A stretch of 64,000 bases of DNA from Nitrosopumilus sp. (GTDB lineage Archaea; Thermoproteota; Nitrososphaeria; Nitrososphaerales; Nitrosopumilaceae), in NCBI GenBank assembly GCA_965219345.1, contig OZ244732.1, positions 128,001 to 192,000 on the forward strand, read 5' to 3'. A model generated the notes under the pieces. The model worked only from the letters and a program-made list of their open reading frames with translations. It made no database searches and had not been told where the DNA came from. The position numbers and the translations under genes were made by a program. Numbering within the stretch: the first letter of the stretch is position 1; each line of letters opens with the position of its first letter. This document shows positions 18,282-27,160 of this stretch, piece by piece.

Positions 18282-18650
18282 CTAAACTCCAAATCCCTTG
18301 ATATTGTATTTCCAAAAGAATAATGTACTGCGATTACACCACTGTGGATGCCACCTTCTATCCTCAAGGCAGTTGAAAATCTCTCTATTCACTCCGTTCA
18401 CATAGATAGTGTTTATTTTCATTTTCTTTAGTAATGAATCAGTTTCCCCTACTTCAGACATGGTCTCTTCACCATAATCTTCAGCTTCATAATCAAATAC
18501 TGGAAGTCCCTTGTAGAACCAAGCAGTTTCTTGATAAGTCCAGATCCCTCCTTTTTTACCAAGAAAGTCTTCAGACTTTTTCATAAAGTTAATTTCTGGA
18601 ATCATTTCTCGTAGTCCTTTCATGATTTGCCGTCTACTCCATTGTTTCAT
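18282..18650 (-). CDS. Hypothetical protein
   Basis: 122-aa ORF coupled to neighbours. Confidence 0.6.
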   Translation of the reverse strand: MKQWSRRQIMKGLREMIPEINFMKKSEDFLGKKGGIWTYQETAWFYKGLPVFDYEAEDYGEETMSEVGETDSLLKKMKINTIYVNGVNREIFNCLEDRRWHPQWCNRSTLFFWKYNIKGFGV

Positions 18651-18910
18651 TATTTCATGTCCTTCAACGTATCTTCAGAAAATGAATCCATTTTAGGTGG
18701 TGGTTGGTCTGGTCTGTATTTTCTTGTCTCTCTGTATGTGTATTCAGTATATTCAACTGTATCATCACATGCTTCTTTGCATGTTTGACATATTTCTTGA
18801 ACAATATTTAGCAAATAATACAATACAATTAATGCAAAACTAATCACTGGACTGACAAATCCCAAAATTATAACACATATCCAAAAGAAAATCTTTCCAA
18901 ATGTATTCAT
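18650..18910 (-). CDS. Small membrane protein
   Basis: Hydrophobic N-terminus; ATGA overlap with upstream ORF. Confidence 0.6.
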   Translation of the reverse strand: MNTFGKIFFWICVIILGFVSPVISFALIVLYYLLNIVQEICQTCKEACDDTVEYTEYTYRETRKYRPDQPPPKMDSFSEDTLKDMK

Positions 18911-19134
18911 TTTTCAGAATCTCCATCTAGATGTCTTTCAAAAAATTCATCTACAGCAACTGCATTCCTCCAAATTATTGCTGTAAGAGCCATCATTATA
19001 CTTGTTATAAAAAATAAAAATCCAACACCAAATACTGCATCAATATGTTCAGCTACAGCCATTAGTATTATTCCTATGATAAACATAAAAATTCCAAACA
19101 TTGCAACTGCTGATTTTGTTTTTTGTGAACTCAT
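18907..19134 (-). CDS. Small two-TM membrane protein
   Basis: Two hydrophobic segments; GAGGTG upstream. Confidence 0.6.
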   Translation of the reverse strand: MSSQKTKSAVAMFGIFMFIIGIILMAVAEHIDAVFGVGFLFFITSIMMALTAIIWRNAVAVDEFFERHLDGDSEK

Positions 19135-19155
19135 TGGTCATACACCTCATCAATC

Positions 19156-19305
19156 TTAATTCTTAGCCGCCCAGTATTCGTGCAAATAATTTCCATTCCA
19201 AGAAAAATATTCACATATTCCACTACAAAATCTACAAACTTGTTCCTCCCATGATTGAAATCTACTTATATTCTTGTGTGGAATATTGCATATTTTGCAT
19301 CTCAT
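19156..19305 (-). CDS. 49-aa Zn-finger micro-protein (not in ORF track)
   Basis: MRCKICNIPH...VCRFCSGIC...KN*; ATGA overlap with upstream ORF. Confidence 0.6.
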   Translation of the reverse strand: MRCKICNIPHKNISRFQSWEEQVCRFCSGICEYFSWNGNYLHEYWAAKN

Positions 19306-19664
19306 TTTCTTTTCCCCTGTTTTTTTGATTTCTGTAATTTCAAGCGATTGTAATCTTTGTTCAACTTTTGAACGTTATCGTAAAATGGTTTGTAGATTTT
19401 TCTGAACTCACTATCTGTTCTATGTTCTTCGATGATAAATTCAACTAGATGTTCACAACACTCAAAAAATTCTTTTTCTACAAACTTTGGATCTATTCTG
19501 TATTTATCCCAAAGACTGACAAACAGCGAGTCGTAACCTTTTCGAAGTTTTCTTACTAGCTGCCATTCGTGTTCATTCTCATCCATCACTCTATACAGTG
19601 CTTCTCTTGCAAGATTTCTTGCTCGTGCTAGTGAACGAAGTTCTTTCTTGCTTGATTTTTTCAT
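19302..19664 (-). CDS. Hypothetical protein
   Basis: 120-aa ORF with ATGA coupling. Confidence 0.6.
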   Translation of the reverse strand: MKKSSKKELRSLARARNLAREALYRVMDENEHEWQLVRKLRKGYDSLFVSLWDKYRIDPKFVEKEFFECCEHLVEFIIEEHRTDSEFRKIYKPFYDNVQKLNKDYNRLKLQKSKKQGKRK

Positions 19665-19879
19665 TTTCTTTTACCCCAAATTTTCTCGAGATTCTCCTTG
19701 TTCTTTTGCTCCCTAACTTTGGATTCCTTGCCTGATTTCTCGATATCTGATGACAGTTCTTTAGTCATGATATCCATCGAATTTCCAAAATCCTGAACAG
19801 CCTTGTTGAATGTGTCAATTCCATGATTGATATTTTTCATGTTGATCTTTTTGAGAATTATGATGATTGTTTTCTTCAT
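19661..19879 (-). CDS. Hypothetical protein
   Basis: Start MKKTII at ATGA overlap. Confidence 0.55.
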   Translation of the reverse strand: MKKTIIIILKKINMKNINHGIDTFNKAVQDFGNSMDIMTKELSSDIEKSGKESKVREQKNKENLEKIWGKRK

Positions 19880-20247
19880 TTTATTCTCTCCGGCTTTATT
19901 TTCCAGGCTGAATGAGATTTTATCCACTTGGCAAGTTCTTTGAATCGAGGACTATTGTTGTAATTTCGTAACATGAGTTCATAATTACCTCCATTCCACT
20001 TTACGCTCTTGGCAAATTTTGGATATTTTACAAAAGTGATTCTTTCAAAATATTTTAGGTTTTTAATTGATTGTTTTGCAGATACTTCAAAAGAAGTTAA
20101 TGGAGTGAGGTCGATAATAATTCCATTAACCCATATTGCTGTAATCACGCTATGTACATAGCATTGATGAAGAAAATTTTCAATATCTTCATGAATAATA
20201 TCATGAATTATCACTTGTTGAATTGATTCAATTTTAACTTCTATCAT
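19876..20247 (-). CDS. Hypothetical archaeal protein
   Basis: 123-aa ORF in coupled chain. Confidence 0.6.
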   Translation of the reverse strand: MIEVKIESIQQVIIHDIIHEDIENFLHQCYVHSVITAIWVNGIIIDLTPLTSFEVSAKQSIKNLKYFERITFVKYPKFAKSVKWNGGNYELMLRNYNNSPRFKELAKWIKSHSAWKIKPERIK

Positions 20248-20249
20248 TT

Positions 20250-20426
20250 CTACTTTTCCTTATCTTCTTTCTTGCGTTGTTCATATCCCATTCCGTATGC
20301 CATTCTTATTTTGATTTCATTTTTGAATTCTACCCCATATTTTTTTTCTAAATAACTCATTAGAGGATCCCAATCTAATGTGCACCAATATTCTAATTCC
20401 TTCTGGTCTACCTTAATTTTTTTCAT
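20250..20426 (-). CDS. 58-aa micro-protein (not in track)
   Basis: MKKIKVDQKELEYWCTLDWDP...; GAGAGG upstream. Confidence 0.55.
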   Translation of the reverse strand: MKKIKVDQKELEYWCTLDWDPLMSYLEKKYGVEFKNEIKIRMAYGMGYEQRKKEDKEK

Positions 20427-20428
20427 CT

Positions 20429-20587
20429 TTAGTTTAACCTCTCTAGTTCAGCACATCTTTCTACTACTCTGTATTCAAGATTTCTAACCAAACCTCTATA
20501 GTATTCTAAATGAATTTCTGCTCGTCTCAAGTCTTCTTCTTGGTATGTCTTTGCAAGAAACTTTGGAAGTATTCTTGTTATCTTCAT
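20429..20587 (-). CDS. 52-aa micro-protein (not in track)
   Basis: MKITRILPKFLAK...; GAGGTGA ribosome-binding site; ATGA overlap. Confidence 0.55.
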   Translation of the reverse strand: MKITRILPKFLAKTYQEEDLRRAEIHLEYYRGLVRNLEYRVVERCAELERLN

Positions 20588-20760
20588 TCTTTAATCACCT
20601 CTTTAAACAAATCAAAATATTTTATAATATCTTCAAGGTCCCCAAATCTTAACAGAACATAACTATTATGATCATTTTTGTCTCTTAACATTAAACCAAA
20701 TTGACATTCTATTTCGCCAAGTTCTAGTTTCTCTGCTAACCACTCTTTCTTTGAGTTCAT
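20584..20760 (-). CDS. 58-aa micro-protein (not in track)
   Basis: MNSKKEWLAEKLELGE...; GAGGAG upstream. Confidence 0.55.
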   Translation of the reverse strand: MNSKKEWLAEKLELGEIECQFGLMLRDKNDHNSYVLLRFGDLEDIIKYFDLFKEVIKE

Positions 20761-21139
20761 CTGTAGATCTCCTCTTTTGATGTAGAATGTTGTGTGGTAC
20801 CCATAATTTCATCCAGGTTCATTTGTTATGCTTTAATGGTCTGCTCAAAAATCAATGTTTTTGCTTTGTGATAATTCATTTCTGCAGATAATCTTTTGAT
20901 ATCATATTCTAGATCTGCAACATCAAGTCTGTCAGATAGTGTATTTCTAATTTCGTTTTGTTCCATTTATTTCTCTCCATAAATCATTGGTTCGTCATTA
21001 TCATCAAACTCTCGAATTATTCTTGGAAAAAAAGTGGGGGATGTGGGCTTTTCACCCACTTGATGACTTTTGTGCAATAGCGTAATTGATTTCATGATTC
21101 AATTATGAGGCTAAAATTATTATATAGCATGTCAATAGT

Positions 21140-21904
21140 ATGCATACTAAGAATACTGTTATGGCTAAAATTGCAAAATTACGTATACATATTGCTTCTG
21201 TCGGCTATGAAGTTGATAGGATAGTTCTTGCCGCAAAACAAGAAAAAGCAGACAAGGTTTGGCTATTGCTCCATGAAAACAAGAGTGAAGACAAGGCAGG
21301 ACCATTCATCACAAAGATAACAAACCAACTCTTAAAACAAAACATAGAGGTCAAAGAAGAGTATCACAACAGACGAGACTTGTTTAAAATTATTCGTGCA
21401 GTAAAATGTATCATAGAGAAAGAAAAAGGCAATGAAATCTATGTAAATCTGGCATCCGGAAGTAAAATACAAGCAATTGGAACTATGATGGCATGCATGA
21501 TGTTTAATGATGATTCAAACGTTCATCCATTTTATGTCGAAGCTAAAAACTATCCTGGATTTAATGCAAAACTACCTCTATCTACTGGAATTAAAGATAT
21601 TGTTGATGTTCCGCCTTATTCGATTAAAACTCCTGATCAAAAACTAATTACTGCACTACAAATTATAACAGAACATAACGGTAAATTAACAAAAAAAGAG
21701 ATGGCAAAAATAGCTGAAGAACAACAACTAATCACAATTAATTCAAAAGAAAATAACCATTCCATGGCAAGATTTGCAAGTTTGGATAAAAATATCATAC
21801 AACCATTAGAAGAATGGAAGTTTATTAAAACTGAAAAAATTGGAAGAAACAGATGGATTAGAATTACTTCTGAAGGTGAAAATGCCTCAGAATTTTTAAT
21901 CTGA
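21140..21904 (+). CDS. CARF-like Rossmann plus winged-HTH regulator (HFX_2341/DUF6293/Csa3-like)
   Basis: HIASVGYEVDRI, IYVNLASGSKI, C-terminal wHTH (IIQPLEEWKFIKTEKIGRNRWIRITSEG). Confidence 0.75.
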   Translation: MHTKNTVMAKIAKLRIHIASVGYEVDRIVLAAKQEKADKVWLLLHENKSEDKAGPFITKITNQLLKQNIEVKEEYHNRRDLFKIIRAVKCIIEKEKGNEIYVNLASGSKIQAIGTMMACMMFNDDSNVHPFYVEAKNYPGFNAKLPLSTGIKDIVDVPPYSIKTPDQKLITALQIITEHNGKLTKKEMAKIAEEQQLITINSKENNHSMARFASLDKNIIQPLEEWKFIKTEKIGRNRWIRITSEGENASEFLI

Positions 21905-21940
21905 CTAATTTCTAAAATACTAGGAATTTATTATTATGTT

Positions 21941-22495
21941 ATGGAATTTTGTAAAATTTGTGATTCAAAATTATTTGAAACATCTGATGGATTCAAATGT
22001 AAAAAATGTGATAATTTTAACCCTGATGAAAAAAAGATAATAAGAAAAATAGTTTATTCTACAAATGAATCATTTCCATATATTAAAAATGAGTATTATA
22101 TTCAAAAAGAGATTCGAGTCAGGCTCGGATTAGGTTTGATTACGGGCATAAATCTCAAAAAAGAACAAAGCATGATAATTGTATTTAGAAATGCCCATAT
22201 TATAAAACCAAATCAAACCAATATCTATTTGGACAAATTTGATGAAGAAACTGGAATTTACCGTTATGTTGGCAAAGGCCTAATTGGAGACCAATCTTTG
22301 ACTGCTGAAAATGAATATTTGAAAAATTCCAAAGAATACAACTATGACATTCATCTTTTCTGGCAACAAAATGCCAATAGTGATCATCAATATGTGGGAA
22401 AAGTAAGTGTGGATGGAGTAATTTCAGAGAAACAACCAGACAAGAATGGAAAAATTAGAAATGTCTATGTGTTTTTATTGAAACCTGAAAACTAA
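21941..22495 (+). CDS. Zn-ribbon plus SRA/YDG-like modified-base-binding domain
   Basis: CKIC...CKKC; YLDKF...YRYVGKGLIGDQ...IHLF...YVGKV. Confidence 0.65.
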   Translation: MEFCKICDSKLFETSDGFKCKKCDNFNPDEKKIIRKIVYSTNESFPYIKNEYYIQKEIRVRLGLGLITGINLKKEQSMIIVFRNAHIIKPNQTNIYLDKFDEETGIYRYVGKGLIGDQSLTAENEYLKNSKEYNYDIHLFWQQNANSDHQYVGKVSVDGVISEKQPDKNGKIRNVYVFLLKPEN

Positions 22496-22520
22496 AGTTC
22501 ATGTAACATAGTTACATGAT

Positions 22521-22964
22521 ATGGAAGACATTGTGCTGATTTTTCTTATTGGTACAATTCTTGCTATTGGGATCTTGTTATATTTCATATTACGATTTAG
22601 ACAAAAAATACAAGAATTGTCTTTAAGATTATCCAAAAAAGAAAAGAAATCATATCAAATGGGCGAAAATCAATACAAGGGGAACATCAATGAGATTCTA
22701 GCTGGGTTTGCACTACTCACAGAATACAAACAACTAGCTATGTTATCTAGCGTATCAAAACAATTCTCAATAGACTTGTTAGGAATTACTAATGATTCCG
22801 TAGACTTTATTGAAGTAAAGACAAAAGGAACTGATTTATCATCAGAAGAAAACAAAATTCAGAAATTAATCAATGACAAGAAAGTAAAATATAGAATAAT
22901 TGATGGTGACTTTCCAGAATTTCAAATCAACGAAAGAACTCAAAAAGAGAATACGAAAAAATGA
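22521..22964 (+). CDS. Membrane-anchored PD-(D/E)xK Holliday-junction-resolvase-like nuclease
   Basis: N-terminal TM helix; IDLLG...FIEVKT...LSSEENKIQ. Confidence 0.7.
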   Translation: MEDIVLIFLIGTILAIGILLYFILRFRQKIQELSLRLSKKEKKSYQMGENQYKGNINEILAGFALLTEYKQLAMLSSVSKQFSIDLLGITNDSVDFIEVKTKGTDLSSEENKIQKLINDKKVKYRIIDGDFPEFQINERTQKENTKK

Positions 22965-23407
22965 AAATTAGTTTTGATGTTTATGATAAGCCTCCAAAGA
23001 AATCAAATTAGGGTACTGATGATGCTCACTTAATAATAAAATTAAGAGAAGCGGCACTAATTGCTAGAAACAATGATGGTTTTCCAGAAGGTTATGACGG
23101 AAATGTTAAATTGAATTTGATAGTGTATGCTCCAAATATTGCAGATAAAGACTATAAACAAACTAGAGACGATGACCCAAAAAAATTCATTGGTGATTTA
23201 GATAGTTTAGTTGCTGGTGTATATGAATACTTACAACCTGCACCAACAAACCCTGAACTTAAGATTAATCCTGTGTTTGATGGAAAAGATGAGATTGGAT
23301 CTTCTGTTCCACTAATTATAAAAAATGATGCTCAAATAGTAGAAATTAATACAAAAAAAGAACTAGATGATAAAACACATTATCATGTTGAAATTATTAC
23401 TTTCTGA
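22961..23407 (+). pseudogene. RusA-like nuclease with in-frame TAG at 23009-23011
   Basis: ATG at 22961 is in frame with the 23111 ORF; GDLDSLV...IIKNDAQIV resembles RusA motifs. Confidence 0.55.
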
Positions 23408-24201
23408 TTTTCTTCTTCTTCAATTTCATGTTTACTCTGAAAACGTCTTTTCACAATCTCTATAAACTCCTTATCTGTCACATATTCTCGAAGACTTGTA
23501 AATTTTCCAATGTTGTATGCGCTAGACAGATCATTGAACACCATCTGATTAAAATTTTCAGTATTTCTGTTTCGTAATTCACAAAAAACTAGTCCATCTT
23601 TTTTCATTTTTTCCACAGCACTTACCGCGTCGGCTACACTACATTTTTCTTTCCTGATAAAATTAAACTTCAATTCGTCTTCTGTGTATACGTCATAAAA
23701 TTCTTGTCTCTCTTTTGTGGCTACGTGAAAAAATGCATGCCCCTCGTCTGATAGAATCAATTCCCTGACAAACTCTCTCAGAACATCTTCGTTAACTTTC
23801 TCTTTTAAGGACTTGTGATTTTTTGAATTAATCTTTGAAAAATGTCTAGCAAGCATATCATTAATGTGTGAAATTAGTTTCTCTATCTTCACCCTATCTT
23901 CTGTATTTTTTGCAAACTCCAAATCCTCTAACAATCTGTCTTCCTGGATTTCCATTCTCTGAATCTGTTTTGTCATTTTTGAAACAGTTTGCTTAGGATC
24001 AGTTTCGCTAACAATTTGCTTGTTCCAAAATTTGATATCATCATTAATCGTATTTCGATTTATGTTAAGCACTGTTGCAATTTCAACAGCTGATTTGTTT
24101 TGCTCAAAGTGTAAGTCATAAACTTGTAACTTTCTTTTCTCCTGCTCTTTTTTGGTATATCTTCCACCTTCTTGACTTGCTGGGCTAACACCATTAATCA
24201 T
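23383..24201 (-). CDS. HTH-domain hypothetical protein at island edge
   Basis: SAVEIATVLNINRNTINDDIK HTH followed by coiled coil. Confidence 0.65.
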   Translation of the reverse strand: MINGVSPASQEGGRYTKKEQEKRKLQVYDLHFEQNKSAVEIATVLNINRNTINDDIKFWNKQIVSETDPKQTVSKMTKQIQRMEIQEDRLLEDLEFAKNTEDRVKIEKLISHINDMLARHFSKINSKNHKSLKEKVNEDVLREFVRELILSDEGHAFFHVATKERQEFYDVYTEDELKFNFIRKEKCSVADAVSAVEKMKKDGLVFCELRNRNTENFNQMVFNDLSSAYNIGKFTSLREYVTDKEFIEIVKRRFQSKHEIEEEENQKVIIST

Positions 24202-24309
24202 TAGGCTGTATTTGTGCTAAAGAAATGGATCATGCTTTTCACATTGACACATAGTCAATTATAAATCCATAAATTTTGAAAACTGCCTAAGTTCTGCATG
24301 GTTATGATG

Positions 24310-27156
24310 TCATTCAATTAGTATTGCTGGCTTGAATGGCCTTGCATGTCTAGCTTTTCCTTTTGGATCATAGATGTTTTTATCATCTTCAGCAAATACC
24401 GTAACCTCAACACCAAAATCTTGTTTTGCAATTGAGATCAACTCGTCTGACACAAACTGTTTTTCATCAAATTCCTTAACCTCTAGTTTTGTCTTTCTGA
24501 TTTCAGTTGGTTCAGACAAAATATCCTTGATTGTCTTTTGAACAAAGTCAGGATTCTTCTTAATATCTGAAGTTTCGGGATTAGCTATCAACTCTTTCAT
24601 TGTCACTCCCACGTTAGTCTGCTCATTCATCACTTGCTCTAAAATAGCATGATAAGCTTTAGACTTGAATGAGTCAGCTGTGTAAATTGTAATTTTCTTT
24701 GGAGTAATCTTTGTAACTTTGAGAATATTTGTAATGTCGTTAATGATTGACTTTAACAAGTCTTCAGCTTGGATAGCTTTAGCATCTATTACTCCAGTAT
24801 CTATTTCAGGCCAGCTAGACTTTGAGACCATCTCTGAATTTCCAAGCTTCTCCCACATCTCTTCAGCTATATGTGGTGCAAATGGTGATAACATAGCGAC
24901 TCTAGCGCTTTGAATTTGGTGCAATATCGCATCATAATCATCTCGACCTTTGGCTTTAGCTCGTTTGAGATACCAAGTCAAGTCACCTTCAAATGCAAAT
25001 AATATCTCATGAAGTGCTTCACGCAATCTCATCTTTTCAACAGAAGCTGAAACATTAGAGATCAGACTCTGCAATCTACTTGCAATCCACCTATCCTCAG
25101 CCTCAGAATAGCTAACTGAGCCTGATTTTAGCGTCGAACATTCCTCTAAAATTGATTCTAGCTTATTCTTAATCCCACCTACTGATTCTAAATTAAAGTC
25201 AGCGTCCTGTAACAGCTCAGCTGATATGATTATCGCCAATCTAATTGGATCAGATCCATAATCTTGTATTGCTTGTCGCAATGGAATGATATTTCCCATT
25301 GACTTGGACATTTTTTTACCATCCATCAATACAGAACCATTAACAATGATCTGTTGCGGCCAATTATCTTCAGGAAATATAGCTACATGATTAAAGACAA
25401 AAAATGTCAAGTGATTTGGAACTAAATCTCTACCAGAATGTCTTGAATCAACTGGATAAAAGTATGCAAACTCTTTTCTTATCTCTTCTATTTTACTAGC
25501 TTCAATACCAGATACTTTATCAGCTGAACCTTCACCTAAAAATACATAATCAAAGAATTCTTTAGATAAATTCTCAGCTGAAATAGTTCCATCATTAACA
25601 AATCTAGATATGACATAATATGCCATATAGATTACAGAATCAGACAAACTTTCAACAATCCAGTCCTTATCCCAAGGTAGTTTAGTACCCAAACCATGTT
25701 GTCTAGCACAAGCTCTTTCCCGTAACCACCCAACTACATAATGAAACTCACCAACTATCTCATTTGGCAATATGCTCATTCCATCAAAACACTTTGTAGC
25801 TTTATCTTTCCAGTCTTTATCACCATAATTAAGAAACCATTGGTTTGTCAAAACTTTAACAACACATTCAGTTCCACAACGACACTTTACAGGAGAATTA
25901 GTTAATTCTAACAAAATATCTGAATATTTTTTCTCCTCTAACCATTCCTTTATTCCATCTTTAGCTTCAGATACTTTTTTTCCAGCAAACTGCTCGCAAT
26001 TCTCTTTGAGAACTCCGCCGTAGAACTCTTTTCCGTAAATCTCATCTGTAGCTTCTTCCAGCTTGGGGTCATCTTGATCTTTTATCTCAAATTTCTCACA
26101 GGCCTCTTTAGATGAAAACTCGCCATATCCCTCAGTAGCTATGATTGAGATAGGCTCGATATTTGTGCCTGAATCCTTTTGATAGTCTACTAGGGCCTGA
26201 TAGTCAAATGGAGCGTGAGCTGGAACAGACATCACCAGACCAGTTCCAGTAGCTGATTCCACAAAGCTAGCCTGAATCATTGGAATTGATTTATCGAGAT
26301 GAGGAATGGCAACGTTCTTTCCAATCAAATCAGAACCAGCTATCTCGCCGTCACAAGTAATCTCTTTATCTAAAAATTCTAGCTTGCGTGCACATTCTTC
26401 AGATACAATCCATTTCTCACCATCAACGGTAATTTTCTTATACATTGTTCCAGGATTGACCCACAAATTAGTAACACCAAAGATAGTTTCTGGACGTAAC
26501 GTTGCCGTTGGAATGACATAATCATCAAACTTGAATTTAATTAAAATATATTCAGTGAAATCAGGCTCTACATCACCCATTGTATCGTGTTGTGATACGG
26601 GATTCTGATCACGTGGACACCAACCAACAGGATGATTCCCTTGGATGATCAAGTTCTTCTCTTTTAAAACATTAATCTGCCATTCGATAAACTTCTGATA
26701 AGCTGGAACTATAGTTGTGAATTCTCGTCGCCAATCTATGGAATAACCCATCTCTATCATTCCAGATTTTATCTCTTCATGAAAATAATCCGCAATCTTT
26801 ATCGGTTCAACAAATGTTTTGATAGCTTCTTCTGGAACATGATAAATATTACGTAAACCATCCATTATCTCCTTATCATTGGATTCAACTCTTCGCGCCA
26901 TTCCGAGTATTGGTGTTCCAGTATAATGGAAACCCATTGGGAACAAGACATTATACCCTTTCATTCTATAGAACCTAGCATGAATGTCAGCTATCGTATA
27001 AGTTCGCCCATGTCCAATGTGTTGCGGTGAGTTTGGATATGGATAAGCTACTGTAATGAATTTTTTTGGTTTGTCATTTGGATTTGTCTCAAAGTCTTTG
27101 GAATCATTCCATTTTTCTCTCCACTTTGATTCTAATTCATTCCAGTTAATTTCCAT
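24310..27156 (-). CDS. leuS: Leucine--tRNA ligase
   Basis: HIGH and KMSKS motifs, archaeal LeuRS editing domain. Confidence 0.97.
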   Translation of the reverse strand: MEINWNELESKWREKWNDSKDFETNPNDKPKKFITVAYPYPNSPQHIGHGRTYTIADIHARFYRMKGYNVLFPMGFHYTGTPILGMARRVESNDKEIMDGLRNIYHVPEEAIKTFVEPIKIADYFHEEIKSGMIEMGYSIDWRREFTTIVPAYQKFIEWQINVLKEKNLIIQGNHPVGWCPRDQNPVSQHDTMGDVEPDFTEYILIKFKFDDYVIPTATLRPETIFGVTNLWVNPGTMYKKITVDGEKWIVSEECARKLEFLDKEITCDGEIAGSDLIGKNVAIPHLDKSIPMIQASFVESATGTGLVMSVPAHAPFDYQALVDYQKDSGTNIEPISIIATEGYGEFSSKEACEKFEIKDQDDPKLEEATDEIYGKEFYGGVLKENCEQFAGKKVSEAKDGIKEWLEEKKYSDILLELTNSPVKCRCGTECVVKVLTNQWFLNYGDKDWKDKATKCFDGMSILPNEIVGEFHYVVGWLRERACARQHGLGTKLPWDKDWIVESLSDSVIYMAYYVISRFVNDGTISAENLSKEFFDYVFLGEGSADKVSGIEASKIEEIRKEFAYFYPVDSRHSGRDLVPNHLTFFVFNHVAIFPEDNWPQQIIVNGSVLMDGKKMSKSMGNIIPLRQAIQDYGSDPIRLAIIISAELLQDADFNLESVGGIKNKLESILEECSTLKSGSVSYSEAEDRWIASRLQSLISNVSASVEKMRLREALHEILFAFEGDLTWYLKRAKAKGRDDYDAILHQIQSARVAMLSPFAPHIAEEMWEKLGNSEMVSKSSWPEIDTGVIDAKAIQAEDLLKSIINDITNILKVTKITPKKITIYTADSFKSKAYHAILEQVMNEQTNVGVTMKELIANPETSDIKKNPDFVQKTIKDILSEPTEIRKTKLEVKEFDEKQFVSDELISIAKQDFGVEVTVFAEDDKNIYDPKGKARHARPFKPAILIE

Positions 27157-27160
27157 AATA

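Noticed and set aside
23009-23011. In-frame TAG as pyrrolysine recoding
   Set aside because: No pyl genes in view and none expected in this lineage; a TGG-to-TAG nonsense change is simpler.
24202-24309. att site or tRNA at the right border of the left island
   Set aside because: No tRNA fragment or repeat recognised; the other border is outside the window.
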